64,000 nt of DNA from Solirubrobacterales bacterium (lineage in GTDB: Bacteria > Actinomycetota > Thermoleophilia > Solirubrobacterales > 70-9). This document shows, piece after piece, positions 8,915 to 16,640 of the stretch; within the stretch, counting starts at the first letter, position 1, and every line of letters starts with the position of its first letter. The position numbers and the translations under genes were made by a program. The notes beneath the pieces were generated by a model. It saw only the letters and a list, made by a program, of their open reading frames with translations. It was not told where the DNA came from and did not search any database. The stretch covers positions 33,366 through 97,365 of the forward strand of contig DASWQV010000093.1 of the NCBI GenBank assembly GCA_036403515.1, in the 5' to 3' direction.

Positions 8915-9843
8915 AGGTCGCGGTGCTCAAAGGCGGCCGCTCGCTGGAGCGGGGGATCTCGCTGCGATCCGGCGCACGGGTCGAAGATGCGCTGGGACGC
9001 CTCGGCCACGAAGTGCTCCCGCTCGAGGCCGACGGCGACATGGTCAAGCGGCTGACGGATGGCGCGCCCGACGTCGCCTTCGTCGCCATGCACGGGATGG
9101 GCGGTGAGGACGGCACGGCGCAGGAGCTGCTCGAAATCCTCGGCATTCCCTTCACGGGACCCGGCGTAGCCGCCTGCGTCCGCTGCATCGACAAGGTGCT
9201 CGCCAAGCACGAGCTGCGCTCGGCCGGGGTTCCCACCCCCGACTGGTTTGCCTTCAATGAGACGGCCTTTCGCGAGCTCGGCGCCGCCGATGCGCTCGGC
9301 AGCCTCGAGGAGCGGCTCGGCTTCCCCCTCGTGGTCAAGCCCAGTCGCGGCGGTTCCGCCCTGGGCGTCAAGTTCGCCGAGAGCTGGTTCGACGTGCCGG
9401 AGGCGCTGGTATCAGCCTTCAGCTACGACGACCGGGTCCTGCTCGAGCGCTTCGTCGATGGGCGTGAGCTTGCTGTCAGCGTGCTCGGTGGCGAGCCGCT
9501 TCCCACGGTCGAGGCAATCCCGAATTCGGGACACGGCTACGACTTCGAAGCCCGATACGAGATCGGCCGCACCTCGTTTGTCTGCCCGGCCCAGCTGAGC
9601 AGCGAGGAGACCGCCGGCGTGTCGGAGATCGCCCTGGCCGCTTACGACGCTCTCGGCTGCTCGGGCTTCTCCCGGGTCGACCTGATCCTCGGCGCCGACG
9701 GTCCCCAGGTGCTCGAGGTCAACGCGATTCCCGGCCTCACCGATACCAGCCTGCTGCCCCAGGCCGCCGAGGCGGCGGGGATGTCCTTCGAGCAACTGGT
9801 CGAGAAGATCCTCGACCTGGCGCTGACCCCGGTCCGCGCCTAA
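8911..9843 (+). CDS. ddl: D-alanine--D-alanine ligase (paralog 1)
   Basis: MKVAVLKGGRSLERGISLRSG N-terminus, an ATP-grasp body and a C-terminal EVNAIPGLT motif. The GTG start overlaps the aminotransferase stop (GTGA). Confidence 0.9.
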   Translation: MKVAVLKGGRSLERGISLRSGARVEDALGRLGHEVLPLEADGDMVKRLTDGAPDVAFVAMHGMGGEDGTAQELLEILGIPFTGPGVAACVRCIDKVLAKHELRSAGVPTPDWFAFNETAFRELGAADALGSLEERLGFPLVVKPSRGGSALGVKFAESWFDVPEALVSAFSYDDRVLLERFVDGRELAVSVLGGEPLPTVEAIPNSGHGYDFEARYEIGRTSFVCPAQLSSEETAGVSEIALAAYDALGCSGFSRVDLILGADGPQVLEVNAIPGLTDTSLLPQAAEAAGMSFEQLVEKILDLALTPVRA

Positions 9844-10334
9844 GAGTCCTCGCCCTGGGCGAAGTCGTCCGGGGTGACCTCGTCGAGGAACTCTTTGAAT
9901 TTGTCGACGACCTCCTCGGTGTCCTCGACATCGTGCTCGAACTCGATCGCCGACTCCTCGATCACGTCCTCGTCGGCGAAGATCGGCGCGGAGACGCGCA
10001 CGGCGAGGGCGAGGGCGTCAGAGGGGCGCGAGTCGATCTCCATCTCGGTGCCGTTGATCGAGACCGTGATCGAGGCGTAGAACGTGTTGTCGCGCAGCTC
10101 CGTCACCGAGACCCGCTCGCACTTGGCGTCGAGTTGCTCAAGCAGGTCGGAGAGCAGGTCGTGGGTCATCGGCCGCGGTGTCGAGGCTCCCTGCAGCTTC
10201 ATCAGGATCGCCGCCGCCTCGGGGTGGCCGATCCAGATCGGCAGGAACTTGTTGCTGTCGACAGTCTTCAGCAAGACGATCGGCTGCTTGCCGACCATGT
10301 CAAAGCTGACGCCGTAGATCTGCATCTGTTGCAC
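9840..10334 (-). CDS. bifunctional nuclease (BFN/DUF151) domain protein
   Basis: PIVLLK..., LPIWIG..EA, RPMTHDL and DSRPSDALALA are hallmark DUF151 motifs. Acidic C-terminal tail. Confidence 0.85.
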   Translation of the reverse strand: MQQMQIYGVSFDMVGKQPIVLLKTVDSNKFLPIWIGHPEAAAILMKLQGASTPRPMTHDLLSDLLEQLDAKCERVSVTELRDNTFYASITVSINGTEMEIDSRPSDALALAVRVSAPIFADEDVIEESAIEFEHDVEDTEEVVDKFKEFLDEVTPDDFAQGEDS

Positions 10335-10337
10335 GAG

Positions 10338-10411
<74 letters not shown>

Positions 10412-10461
10412 GCAGCCATTGCGAAGGATAGCGGGGGGATCGTGGCTGGCGGTGGTGGCGC

Positions 10462-11355
10462 TCAGCGGCTGGCGCGCTTGAGACTTCGAGCGAGAGCGAG
10501 TGCTTGGTCGAGGTCCTCGAAGCGAATCTCAACCGTGATCCCCCCACCCCTCGGCCGCACCGTCACCTCGTGCCCGAACGCCGACTCGAGCCGGTCCGCG
10601 GCGTCGCGGATCGCGGCGGCCTCCTCGGGGGCGAGCTGGGCTCGGGGGCTCCCCGCCCTCTTTGGCTGGCCAGCCAGCTTGGCCCGATTCTCGGTTTCTC
10701 GAACCGACCATCCCGCTCGCGCGGCGTCACGGGCAAGCCGGCGTCGCACCTGATTGCCCTCGGCGCCGAGCAGGGCCTTGCCGTGGCCCTCGCTGAGCTC
10801 GCCCGACTCAAGCAGCTCCAGCGCCTCGTCGGGAAGGTCGAGTAGGCGGATCAGGTTGGAGACCGCCGGCCGGCTGCGGCCGACCCGTCGCGCCAGGTCC
10901 TCCTTGGAGAGCCCGAGCTCGTCAACCAAAGCGGCGCATGCGCGGGCCTCGTCGACCGGGTTCAAATCCTCGCGGACCATGTTCTCGATCAGCGCCACCT
11001 GCAGGCGCTCGGCCAACTCCTGGTCGCGGACGACAGCCGGGACTCTGGCGAGACCCGCCGCCTGGGCAGCCCGCCAGCGCCGTTCGCCGGCGATCAGCTC
11101 ATAGCTTCCGTCCGGGAGGGGGCGGACGAGGAGCGGCTGAACGACGCCGTTGGATTCGATCGAGGATACGAGCCCGTTGAGCGCCTCCGGGTCGATCTTC
11201 GTGCGCGGCTGGTTCGGATTTGGCTTGATCAGCTCAATCGGCAGCTCGAGCAGCTCCCCGCTGTCCTCCGTGGCCGCCTCGGGGAGGATCGCCGAAAGGC
11301 CGCTTCCAAGTCCGCGGCGGCTCGCCTTAGCCACGCTCGTCGAGCTCCCCGGCAA
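10462..11355 (-). CDS. parB: chromosome partitioning protein ParB
   Basis: RRGLGSGLSAIL box, ParB-box GERRWRAA and an HTH region. Start is either TTG 11355 or GTG 11334. Confidence 0.9.
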   Translation of the reverse strand: MPGSSTSVAKASRRGLGSGLSAILPEAATEDSGELLELPIELIKPNPNQPRTKIDPEALNGLVSSIESNGVVQPLLVRPLPDGSYELIAGERRWRAAQAAGLARVPAVVRDQELAERLQVALIENMVREDLNPVDEARACAALVDELGLSKEDLARRVGRSRPAVSNLIRLLDLPDEALELLESGELSEGHGKALLGAEGNQVRRRLARDAARAGWSVRETENRAKLAGQPKRAGSPRAQLAPEEAAAIRDAADRLESAFGHEVTVRPRGGGITVEIRFEDLDQALALARSLKRASR

Positions 11356-12085
11356 GCGCTCGGTAGGCCTCGGCGCCGCGCGAGTTGGGCGAGTGCTCGG
11401 TCACGGGCAGACCATAACTCGGCGCCTCGGCGACCCGGACGCTGCGTGGAATGATTGTTTTGAAGACCATCTCGGGGAAGTGCTGGCGCAGTTCGCGCTC
11501 GACGTCTTGCGCCAGGCGGGTGCGCTCGTCGTACATGGTGACCAGCAGTCCCGACACCTCCAGCGCCGGGTTGAGCTGGCGCCGGATCGTCGCCAACGTG
11601 TCGAGAAATTGGACCAGCCCCTCCAGCGCCAGGTACTCGGCCTGCACCGGCACGATCACCCGGTCGGCCGCGGTGAGGGCGTTGACGCTGACCGGGCCCA
11701 GCGAGGGGGGGCAGTCGAGCAGGGTGTACGCAAAGCGCTCGCGGACCGGGCCGAGTCGCTCGCGCAGGCGGGTCTCCGAGCCCTCGATCCGGGGCAGCTC
11801 CACCGCGGCGCCGGCGAGGTCGCGGTTGGCGGGCACCAGCCAGAGATTGTCGGGGCCGGCCGGCCGGGCCGCTTCGGCAACCGAGACGTCCCCGGTCAGG
11901 CAGTCGTAGGAAGAGGGATGCATGTCGCGCTCCCCGCCCAGGGCAACCGTCGCATTGCACTGGGGGTCGAGATCGACGAGCAGGGTCTGGGCGCCGGAGG
12001 CAGCCACGCAGGCGGCGACGTTGACCGCGGTCGTTGTCTTGCCGACACCGCCCTTCTGGTTTGAGATCGCATAGACGACGCCCAT
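11327..12085 (-). CDS. parA: chromosome partitioning ATPase ParA/Soj
   Basis: Deviant Walker A NQKGGVGKTTT, followed by DLDPQ. Confidence 0.92.
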   Translation of the reverse strand: MGVVYAISNQKGGVGKTTTAVNVAACVAASGAQTLLVDLDPQCNATVALGGERDMHPSSYDCLTGDVSVAEAARPAGPDNLWLVPANRDLAGAAVELPRIEGSETRLRERLGPVRERFAYTLLDCPPSLGPVSVNALTAADRVIVPVQAEYLALEGLVQFLDTLATIRRQLNPALEVSGLLVTMYDERTRLAQDVERELRQHFPEMVFKTIIPRSVRVAEAPSYGLPVTEHSPNSRGAEAYRALAGELDERG

Positions 12086-12109
12086 GGCGGCGCAGACTAG
12101 TGGGGGCCG

Positions 12110-12820
12110 CTAGCCGCGCGGTCGCTTCTTCGCCATGCCCGGCCGCCGCGGCAGGCCAGGGGGAGTCGAGCCGCGCTTGCGGATCAGGTGCAGGTGGCGA
12201 TGCTCGCTGCCCGCGGAGGGGCCGACGTGGAGGGTCTGCTCGGGGTGCATTGCCAGCTCTTCAGCGGCGTTGGCCAGTTGGCCCTCCTCGTCGGGATCGC
12301 GCTTGCCCTTCCAGGCGACCAGGAAACCGCCGTCGGCCAAGAGCGGCGAAGCCAGCTCAGCGAGGGTCGAGAGGCGGCCGACGGCGCGAGCGGTCACTGC
12401 CGCGTAGGTCTCGCGGGCATCGCCTTCGGCGACCTCCTCTGAGCGAGCGTTGACGACCCGGGCGTTGGCAATGCCAGCGGTGTCGATCGCCCGCTGGATG
12501 AATTCGCACTTGCGCCCAACCGACTCGATCAGATCAACCTGGGCGCTTGGCAGCGCAACGGCGAGTACGAGACCTGGAAACCCCGCTCCAGAGCCAATAT
12601 CAGCGATTTTCTCGGCCTTGGCCAGAACAGGGAATTCAAGCCCGGTGAGGCTGTCGGCAACGTGCACCCGCCAAGCCCGCTGCGGATCGGTAACGGAGCT
12701 GACCGACGCCTGCTCCACTTCCAAAAGCTCCAAGACAACCGAGATCGTCGCCCTCTGCGCCTCACTGAGGTGGCGGCCCGGCAGGGGTGGAGCGTCTTGT
12801 ACTTTTTCGCCTCTAGCCAT
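12110..12820 (-). CDS. rsmG: 16S rRNA (guanine527-N7)-methyltransferase RsmG
   Basis: SAM-binding DIGSGAGFPGL and conserved position next to parA. The ATG at 12820 lies in the loop of repeat A3, and the first ~17 codons are repeat-encoded. Confidence 0.85.
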   Translation of the reverse strand: MARGEKVQDAPPLPGRHLSEAQRATISVVLELLEVEQASVSSVTDPQRAWRVHVADSLTGLEFPVLAKAEKIADIGSGAGFPGLVLAVALPSAQVDLIESVGRKCEFIQRAIDTAGIANARVVNARSEEVAEGDARETYAAVTARAVGRLSTLAELASPLLADGGFLVAWKGKRDPDEEGQLANAAEELAMHPEQTLHVGPSAGSEHRHLHLIRKRGSTPPGLPRRPGMAKKRPRG

Positions 12821-12880
12821 CGTCCTAACCCCAGGCGCAACTCGAAAAAGTTAAGCGGAACCCCTGCCAGGCCGCCACCT
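12768..12880. repeat. Family-A palindromic interspersed element, copy A3
   Basis: AGGTGGCGGCCCGGCAGGGG-TGGAGCGTCTTGTAC-TTTTTCG ... CGAAAAA-GTTAAGCGGAAC-CCCTGCCAGGCCGCCACCT. It fills the jag-rsmG gap and overlaps the rsmG 5' end. Confidence 0.85.
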
Positions 12881-13363
12881 CTACTCAGAAACCAAAGGAG
12901 CGACGACCACGCACCGGTGCGGCTCGTCGCCTTCGCTGTAGGTCTCCACGCCGGCGCGATCCTTGAGGTGCTCGTGGACGACCCGCCGCTCCTGGGCGCT
13001 CATCGGATCCAGCTCGACGCTCTCGCTGCGGCTCAGCGCCTGCTCGGCCGCCCGATCGGCCCTTGCGGTCAGCGTTTCGCGGCGACGCTCCCGGTAGCCG
13101 GCAGCATCGACGACGACTCGCTTGCGCTCGCGCATCCCGCGGTACGCCGCCTGATAGGCGAGCAACTGCAGGGCATCGATCGTCTGTCCCCGCTTGCCGA
13201 TCAGCAACCCGTAGTCGTCGTCGCCCTCGACCGAAGCGGTGATGCGGTCGTCCTCCTCGCGAATCTCGACCTCCCCATCGAGGTCGAGCTCATCGAGAAC
13301 GCCCTCAACGATCTCCCGAACCCGCTCGGCGGGCTCCTGTGGCCAGTCGTCAGCTCCAGACAC
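12881..13363 (-). CDS. jag: Jag-like KH/R3H RNA-binding protein
   Basis: KH motif LLIGKRGQTIDALQ and R3H motif ERRVVHEHL. Start set at GTG 13363, because the upstream in-frame part of the ORF is repeat-B sequence. Confidence 0.75.
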   Translation of the reverse strand: MSGADDWPQEPAERVREIVEGVLDELDLDGEVEIREEDDRITASVEGDDDYGLLIGKRGQTIDALQLLAYQAAYRGMRERKRVVVDAAGYRERRRETLTARADRAAEQALSRSESVELDPMSAQERRVVHEHLKDRAGVETYSEGDEPHRCVVVAPLVSE

Positions 13364-13412
13364 TTGATGCAGTCTATGCGCGACAGCTTGGGCGCGGCGG
13401 GTCCTGTCATCG

Positions 13413-13527
13413 CTGGAGCCTCGCGAAGCGGCTCCGCAGAGGGGTTCTAGGCCCCGAAGGGGCTCATTGATTAGCACCGCCTTCTGGCGGTGCTTGGGCT
13501 CCAGCGAGGTCACCCCCCGCTGTCCCC
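13413..13527. repeat. Family-B structured interspersed element, copy B1
   Basis: Closing stem CTGGAGCC (13413-13420) / GGCTCCAG (13497-13504). It encloses GCCCCGAAGGGGC and AGCACCGCCTTCTGGCGGTGCT hairpins. About 90% identical to the reverse complement of 24286-24396. Confidence 0.8.
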
Positions 13528-13529
13528 AC

Positions 13530-14279
13530 CTAGCGTCGCTTCTTCTTTTTCGGCGGAGGAGGAGGCGGCTTCGCCGCTTGCACCTGCGCCGGCGTAGCCG
13601 CAACCGGTGCCGGAATCAGGCGCTGGATCGTGTACTGCTGACCCATCGTCCAGAAGTTGGTCGTGATCCAGTAGAGGATCAAACCGGCGGGGAAGCTGAG
13701 GATGAAAGGCACGAAGATAAAGGGCAGGACCATCATCATCATCCGCTGGCTTTTGTCAGCCGTGACCGACATCACCAGCCCCGAAACCAACTGTGTCCCG
13801 ATGTAGAGGACGAGCAGCACGATTAGTTCTGCGCCGGTCGCCTTTGCGGTCAGATCGTTGATGAAGAAGAAAGCCGCTTCGCTGCCGCAGTGACCGGCTT
13901 CGCAGCCGATGTCAGCCGGAAGCTCGTGCCGCAGCACGTAGAAGAGGGTGATGAAGACCGGCAGCTGGGCAATCAGGGGAATGCAGGAGGCAAAGGGGTT
14001 GACTTTGTTCTCCTGGTAGAAGCGCATCATCTCTTGCTGCATGCGCTGGCGATCGTTTTTGTACTTGGCCTGAATCTCTTTGATCTGCGGCTGCAGCGCC
14101 TGCAGCGCCCGCATTCCCTTCAGCTGGCGATAGGTGAGGGGTATCAGCAGCGCCCGAGTGACGACGGTGAGGGCGATGATCGACATCCCCCAGCTCAGCC
14201 CTGCGTTGTCGTGGAAGAACTGCAGGACTCCGTTGGCGATGTCGATCAGCGGCTGCAGGATGTTGGCGTCGAGGATCAC
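13530..14279 (-). CDS. yidC: membrane protein insertase YidC (short form)
   Basis: Conserved YidC/Oxa1 core (PLTYRQ, MQ.LQP, NP..gClP, YWITTN) with a PPPPPPKKKKRR tail. Confidence 0.9.
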   Translation of the reverse strand: MILDANILQPLIDIANGVLQFFHDNAGLSWGMSIIALTVVTRALLIPLTYRQLKGMRALQALQPQIKEIQAKYKNDRQRMQQEMMRFYQENKVNPFASCIPLIAQLPVFITLFYVLRHELPADIGCEAGHCGSEAAFFFINDLTAKATGAELIVLLVLYIGTQLVSGLVMSVTADKSQRMMMMVLPFIFVPFILSFPAGLILYWITTNFWTMGQQYTIQRLIPAPVAATPAQVQAAKPPPPPPKKKKRR

Positions 14280-14548
14280 GAGCGAACCTCACCGTGATGG
14301 ACCGAGGGGTCGACGGGCCCCACCTTCAAGCTGAAGCGGTCGGGGACGGGGTCGAACCCGCCGTGGCTGAAGGGATTGCAGCGAAGCAGCCGCCATCCGG
14401 CGAGCAGAAGCCCGCGGCCGGCGCCGAAGCGACTCACTGACTCGAGGGCGTAGGTCGAGCAGCTTGGCTCGAAGCGGCAACGACGCGGGATTGCCGGTGA
14501 GATCCATCGCTTGTAGGCACCGATCAACCCCAGAACGAGCCGTTTCAC
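14276..14548 (-). CDS. yidD: membrane protein insertion efficiency factor YidD
   Basis: YKRWISP...CRFEPSCSTYA...RCNPFSHGGFDPVP. Confidence 0.9.
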   Translation of the reverse strand: MKRLVLGLIGAYKRWISPAIPRRCRFEPSCSTYALESVSRFGAGRGLLLAGWRLLRCNPFSHGGFDPVPDRFSLKVGPVDPSVHHGEVRS

Positions 14549-14916
14549 GTGGAACGCTCCCCGCCAGCCCCGGCCAGCGCCTCCTCGAGGCTGGCGCGGA
14601 CGCCGCTGCTCCCCTCGCGCTCGATCAGCCCGCTGATCTCGGGGCGAGCCACCAGGACGAAGTCATGTGCGGCCGGAAGGCGGTCCGAGAGACCCCAGAA
14701 AGCCTCGCGCATCACCCGCTTGACTCGGTTGCGATCAACCGCCCCCCCGACCTTGCGGCTCACCGACACCCCAAGCCTCACCTCTTCGGCCTCCTCGTCG
14801 GTCTTGCGGGGGAAGCTGTAAAGGACGAGGTAGCGAGTGGCATGTGAGGATCCGTCGCGGTAGACGCGGTCGAACTCGCCACTGCGAGAGAGGCGGCGAC
14901 GTCGTTGCGCCGCCAT
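14545..14916 (-). CDS. rnpA: ribonuclease P protein component
   Basis: Basic protein with the RNR-like motif KVGGAVDRNRVKR, located between rpmH and yidD. Confidence 0.88.
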   Translation of the reverse strand: MAAQRRRRLSRSGEFDRVYRDGSSHATRYLVLYSFPRKTDEEAEEVRLGVSVSRKVGGAVDRNRVKRVMREAFWGLSDRLPAAHDFVLVARPEISGLIEREGSSGVRASLEEALAGAGGERST

Positions 14917-15051
14917 CTATGGAGTGAGGCGCTTCCGGCCTTTGCGGCGGCGGCGCTTGAGGATCGCTCGACCCCCGCGCGTGCTCATCCGCGCCCGGAA
15001 TCCGTGCGTCTTCGCGCGCTTCCGCTTCTTCGGCTGATAGGTCCTCTTCAT
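14917..15051 (-). CDS. rpmH: 50S ribosomal protein L34
   Basis: [22 protein letters not shown]... Start taken at the internal Met of the 68-aa ORF. Confidence 0.95.
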   Translation of the reverse strand: MKRTYQPKKRKRAKTHGFRARMSTRGGRAILKRRRRKGRKRLTP

Positions 15052-15175
15052 TCGGCGTCGCAGTATACGGGCGGCGAAGGAAAGCTTCTCTGAAGAGGCC
15101 TCGCGGCAGGCTTTCTCCGCCATTTGCGGGGGAGCGGATGTCGCCCTCTCTTGCCGTCGCTATGGTCGCTCGCCG

Positions 15176-16504
15176 GTGCCCGATGACCATTCGAAAGAAG
15201 ATCTCGACTCCCTCTGGCGGGACGTCCAGGCCAGGCTGCGGGCAGCCTTGCCGTCGTCGACGTTCCAGCTCTGGCTGGAGCCGCTGACGGTCGTCGGCGC
15301 TCAGGCCGGTGTCCTCTACCTTGCCGCCCCGGCCGGCATCCGCGCCTGGACTGAGCGGCGCTATTCGGGTCTGATTCGAGAGGCGCTTGGCGGTGCAGGC
15401 TCAGACCTGGCTGACGTGCGCATCGGCGATGGCGACGACGTCGCCGGCTCCGAGAGAGAGTCCGCGCCAACCCTCGACCTCAACGTCAACTACACCTTTG
15501 AGCGATTCGTGATCGGGGAGGGAAACCGGATCGCCCACGCCGCGGCGTTGGCCGTGGCCGAGGCTCCCTCAGAGGCTTACAACCCGCTTTTCCTCCACGG
15601 CCCGCCGGGCCTCGGCAAGACCCACCTCCTCGTCGCAATCGCCAACTACCTGGCCGCCAACGCCCCCGGCCTGCAAGTCCGCTACACGACCGCCGAGCGC
15701 TTCACCAACGAGTTCGTCTCCGCGCTGCGGACGACCGGGGCGGAGGGCTTCAAGCGCCGCTACCGCGATCTCGACGTGCTGCTCGTCGACGACGTCCAGT
15801 TCCTCGAGGGCAAGCGCCACACCGAGGACGAGTTCTTCCATACCTTCAACGCTCTCTACGAAGGCGGCAGTCAGCTGGTCCTCTCCGCTGATCGCATTCC
15901 CAGCGAGCTCTCGAGTCTCGAGTCACGGCTGCGCGACCGCTTCGAGTGGGGCCTCACAGTCGCCGTCGAGCCGCCCAACCTCGCCACCCGCTTGACCGTC
16001 CTGCGCCGGCTCGTTCGCGAGGCCGGTGTCGACACCGAGAGCGACGTGCTCGACATCCTGGCGCGGCGAATCGACGCAAACGTGCGCCAATTGCACGGTG
16101 GGCTCACCCGGGTCCTCGCCCATGCCTCCCTGACCGCCAAGCCGCTCAGCCCCGAGCTGATCGAGGCGGTGATCCCCAAACGTACGAAGAGGGATGAGTC
16201 CACCCCGATCGAGGAAATCCAGCGGCGCGTCTCCGCCACCTTTGGCATCTCCAGGGCGGAGCTGGTCGGCTCGACCCGTTCAGCCACGCCGCTGCGAGCC
16301 CGGCAGGTGGCGATCTTTCTCACCCGCGAGCTGACCGATCTCTCACTGCCACAGATCGGCCGCCTCTATGGCGGCCGCGATCATTCCACCGTGCTCAACT
16401 CGATCAAGCGTGTCGAAGCTCGCTTCGACACCGACAAGGCCCTGGCCGGGCAGGTCGACGAGTTGCGCGCCGCAATCCACAGTGGGTCCACAGGCCCAGC
16501 CTGA
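15176..16504 (+). CDS. dnaA: chromosomal replication initiator protein DnaA
   Basis: AAA+ Walker A GPPGLGKTHL, Walker B LLVDDVQF and the C-terminal DnaA signature GGRDHSTV. GTG start. Confidence 0.95.
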   Translation: MPDDHSKEDLDSLWRDVQARLRAALPSSTFQLWLEPLTVVGAQAGVLYLAAPAGIRAWTERRYSGLIREALGGAGSDLADVRIGDGDDVAGSERESAPTLDLNVNYTFERFVIGEGNRIAHAAALAVAEAPSEAYNPLFLHGPPGLGKTHLLVAIANYLAANAPGLQVRYTTAERFTNEFVSALRTTGAEGFKRRYRDLDVLLVDDVQFLEGKRHTEDEFFHTFNALYEGGSQLVLSADRIPSELSSLESRLRDRFEWGLTVAVEPPNLATRLTVLRRLVREAGVDTESDVLDILARRIDANVRQLHGGLTRVLAHASLTAKPLSPELIEAVIPKRTKRDESTPIEEIQRRVSATFGISRAELVGSTRSATPLRARQVAIFLTRELTDLSLPQIGRLYGGRDHSTVLNSIKRVEARFDTDKALAGQVDELRAAIHSGSTGPA

Positions 16505-16554
16505 CGGCCGACGTCGTTGTAAGAATCAATGCTTTCCCACAGACCAATCCACAG
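16474..16554 (+). promoter_or_regulatory. cluster of four DnaA-box-like 9-mers (xxxTCCACA/CCCACA), candidate oriC/dnaN control element
   Basis: AATCCACAG (16474), GGTCCACAG (16485), TTCCCACAG (16534) and AATCCACAG (16546). All share one orientation, in two pairs spaced 11-12 bp, flanking the A/T-richer TTGTAAGAATCAATGCTTT. Confidence 0.45.
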
Positions 16555-16640
16555 CCACCCAAGCGCCGCGCAGAGCGGAGCCCGTATCCCTTTCGCGGTT
16601 TTCAACAAGCGCTAATCCAACTCAAGAAGGCAATCAACAC

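Noticed and set aside
13364-13603. N-terminal 80 aa of the jag ORF, and the ORF at 13467-13826
   Set aside because: The sequence is repeat family B read in-frame (Arg-rich junk). Related spurious peptides (MISTAFW...) appear wherever the repeat occurs (24324-24602, 24425-24712, 23954-24454).
16368-16640. Upstream extension of the dnaN ORF (start at 16368 in the track)
   Set aside because: It overlaps the dnaA 3' end and the intergenic region. The canonical clamp N-terminus (KLTTKRDEL) starts at TTG 16641 with a good Shine-Dalgarno.
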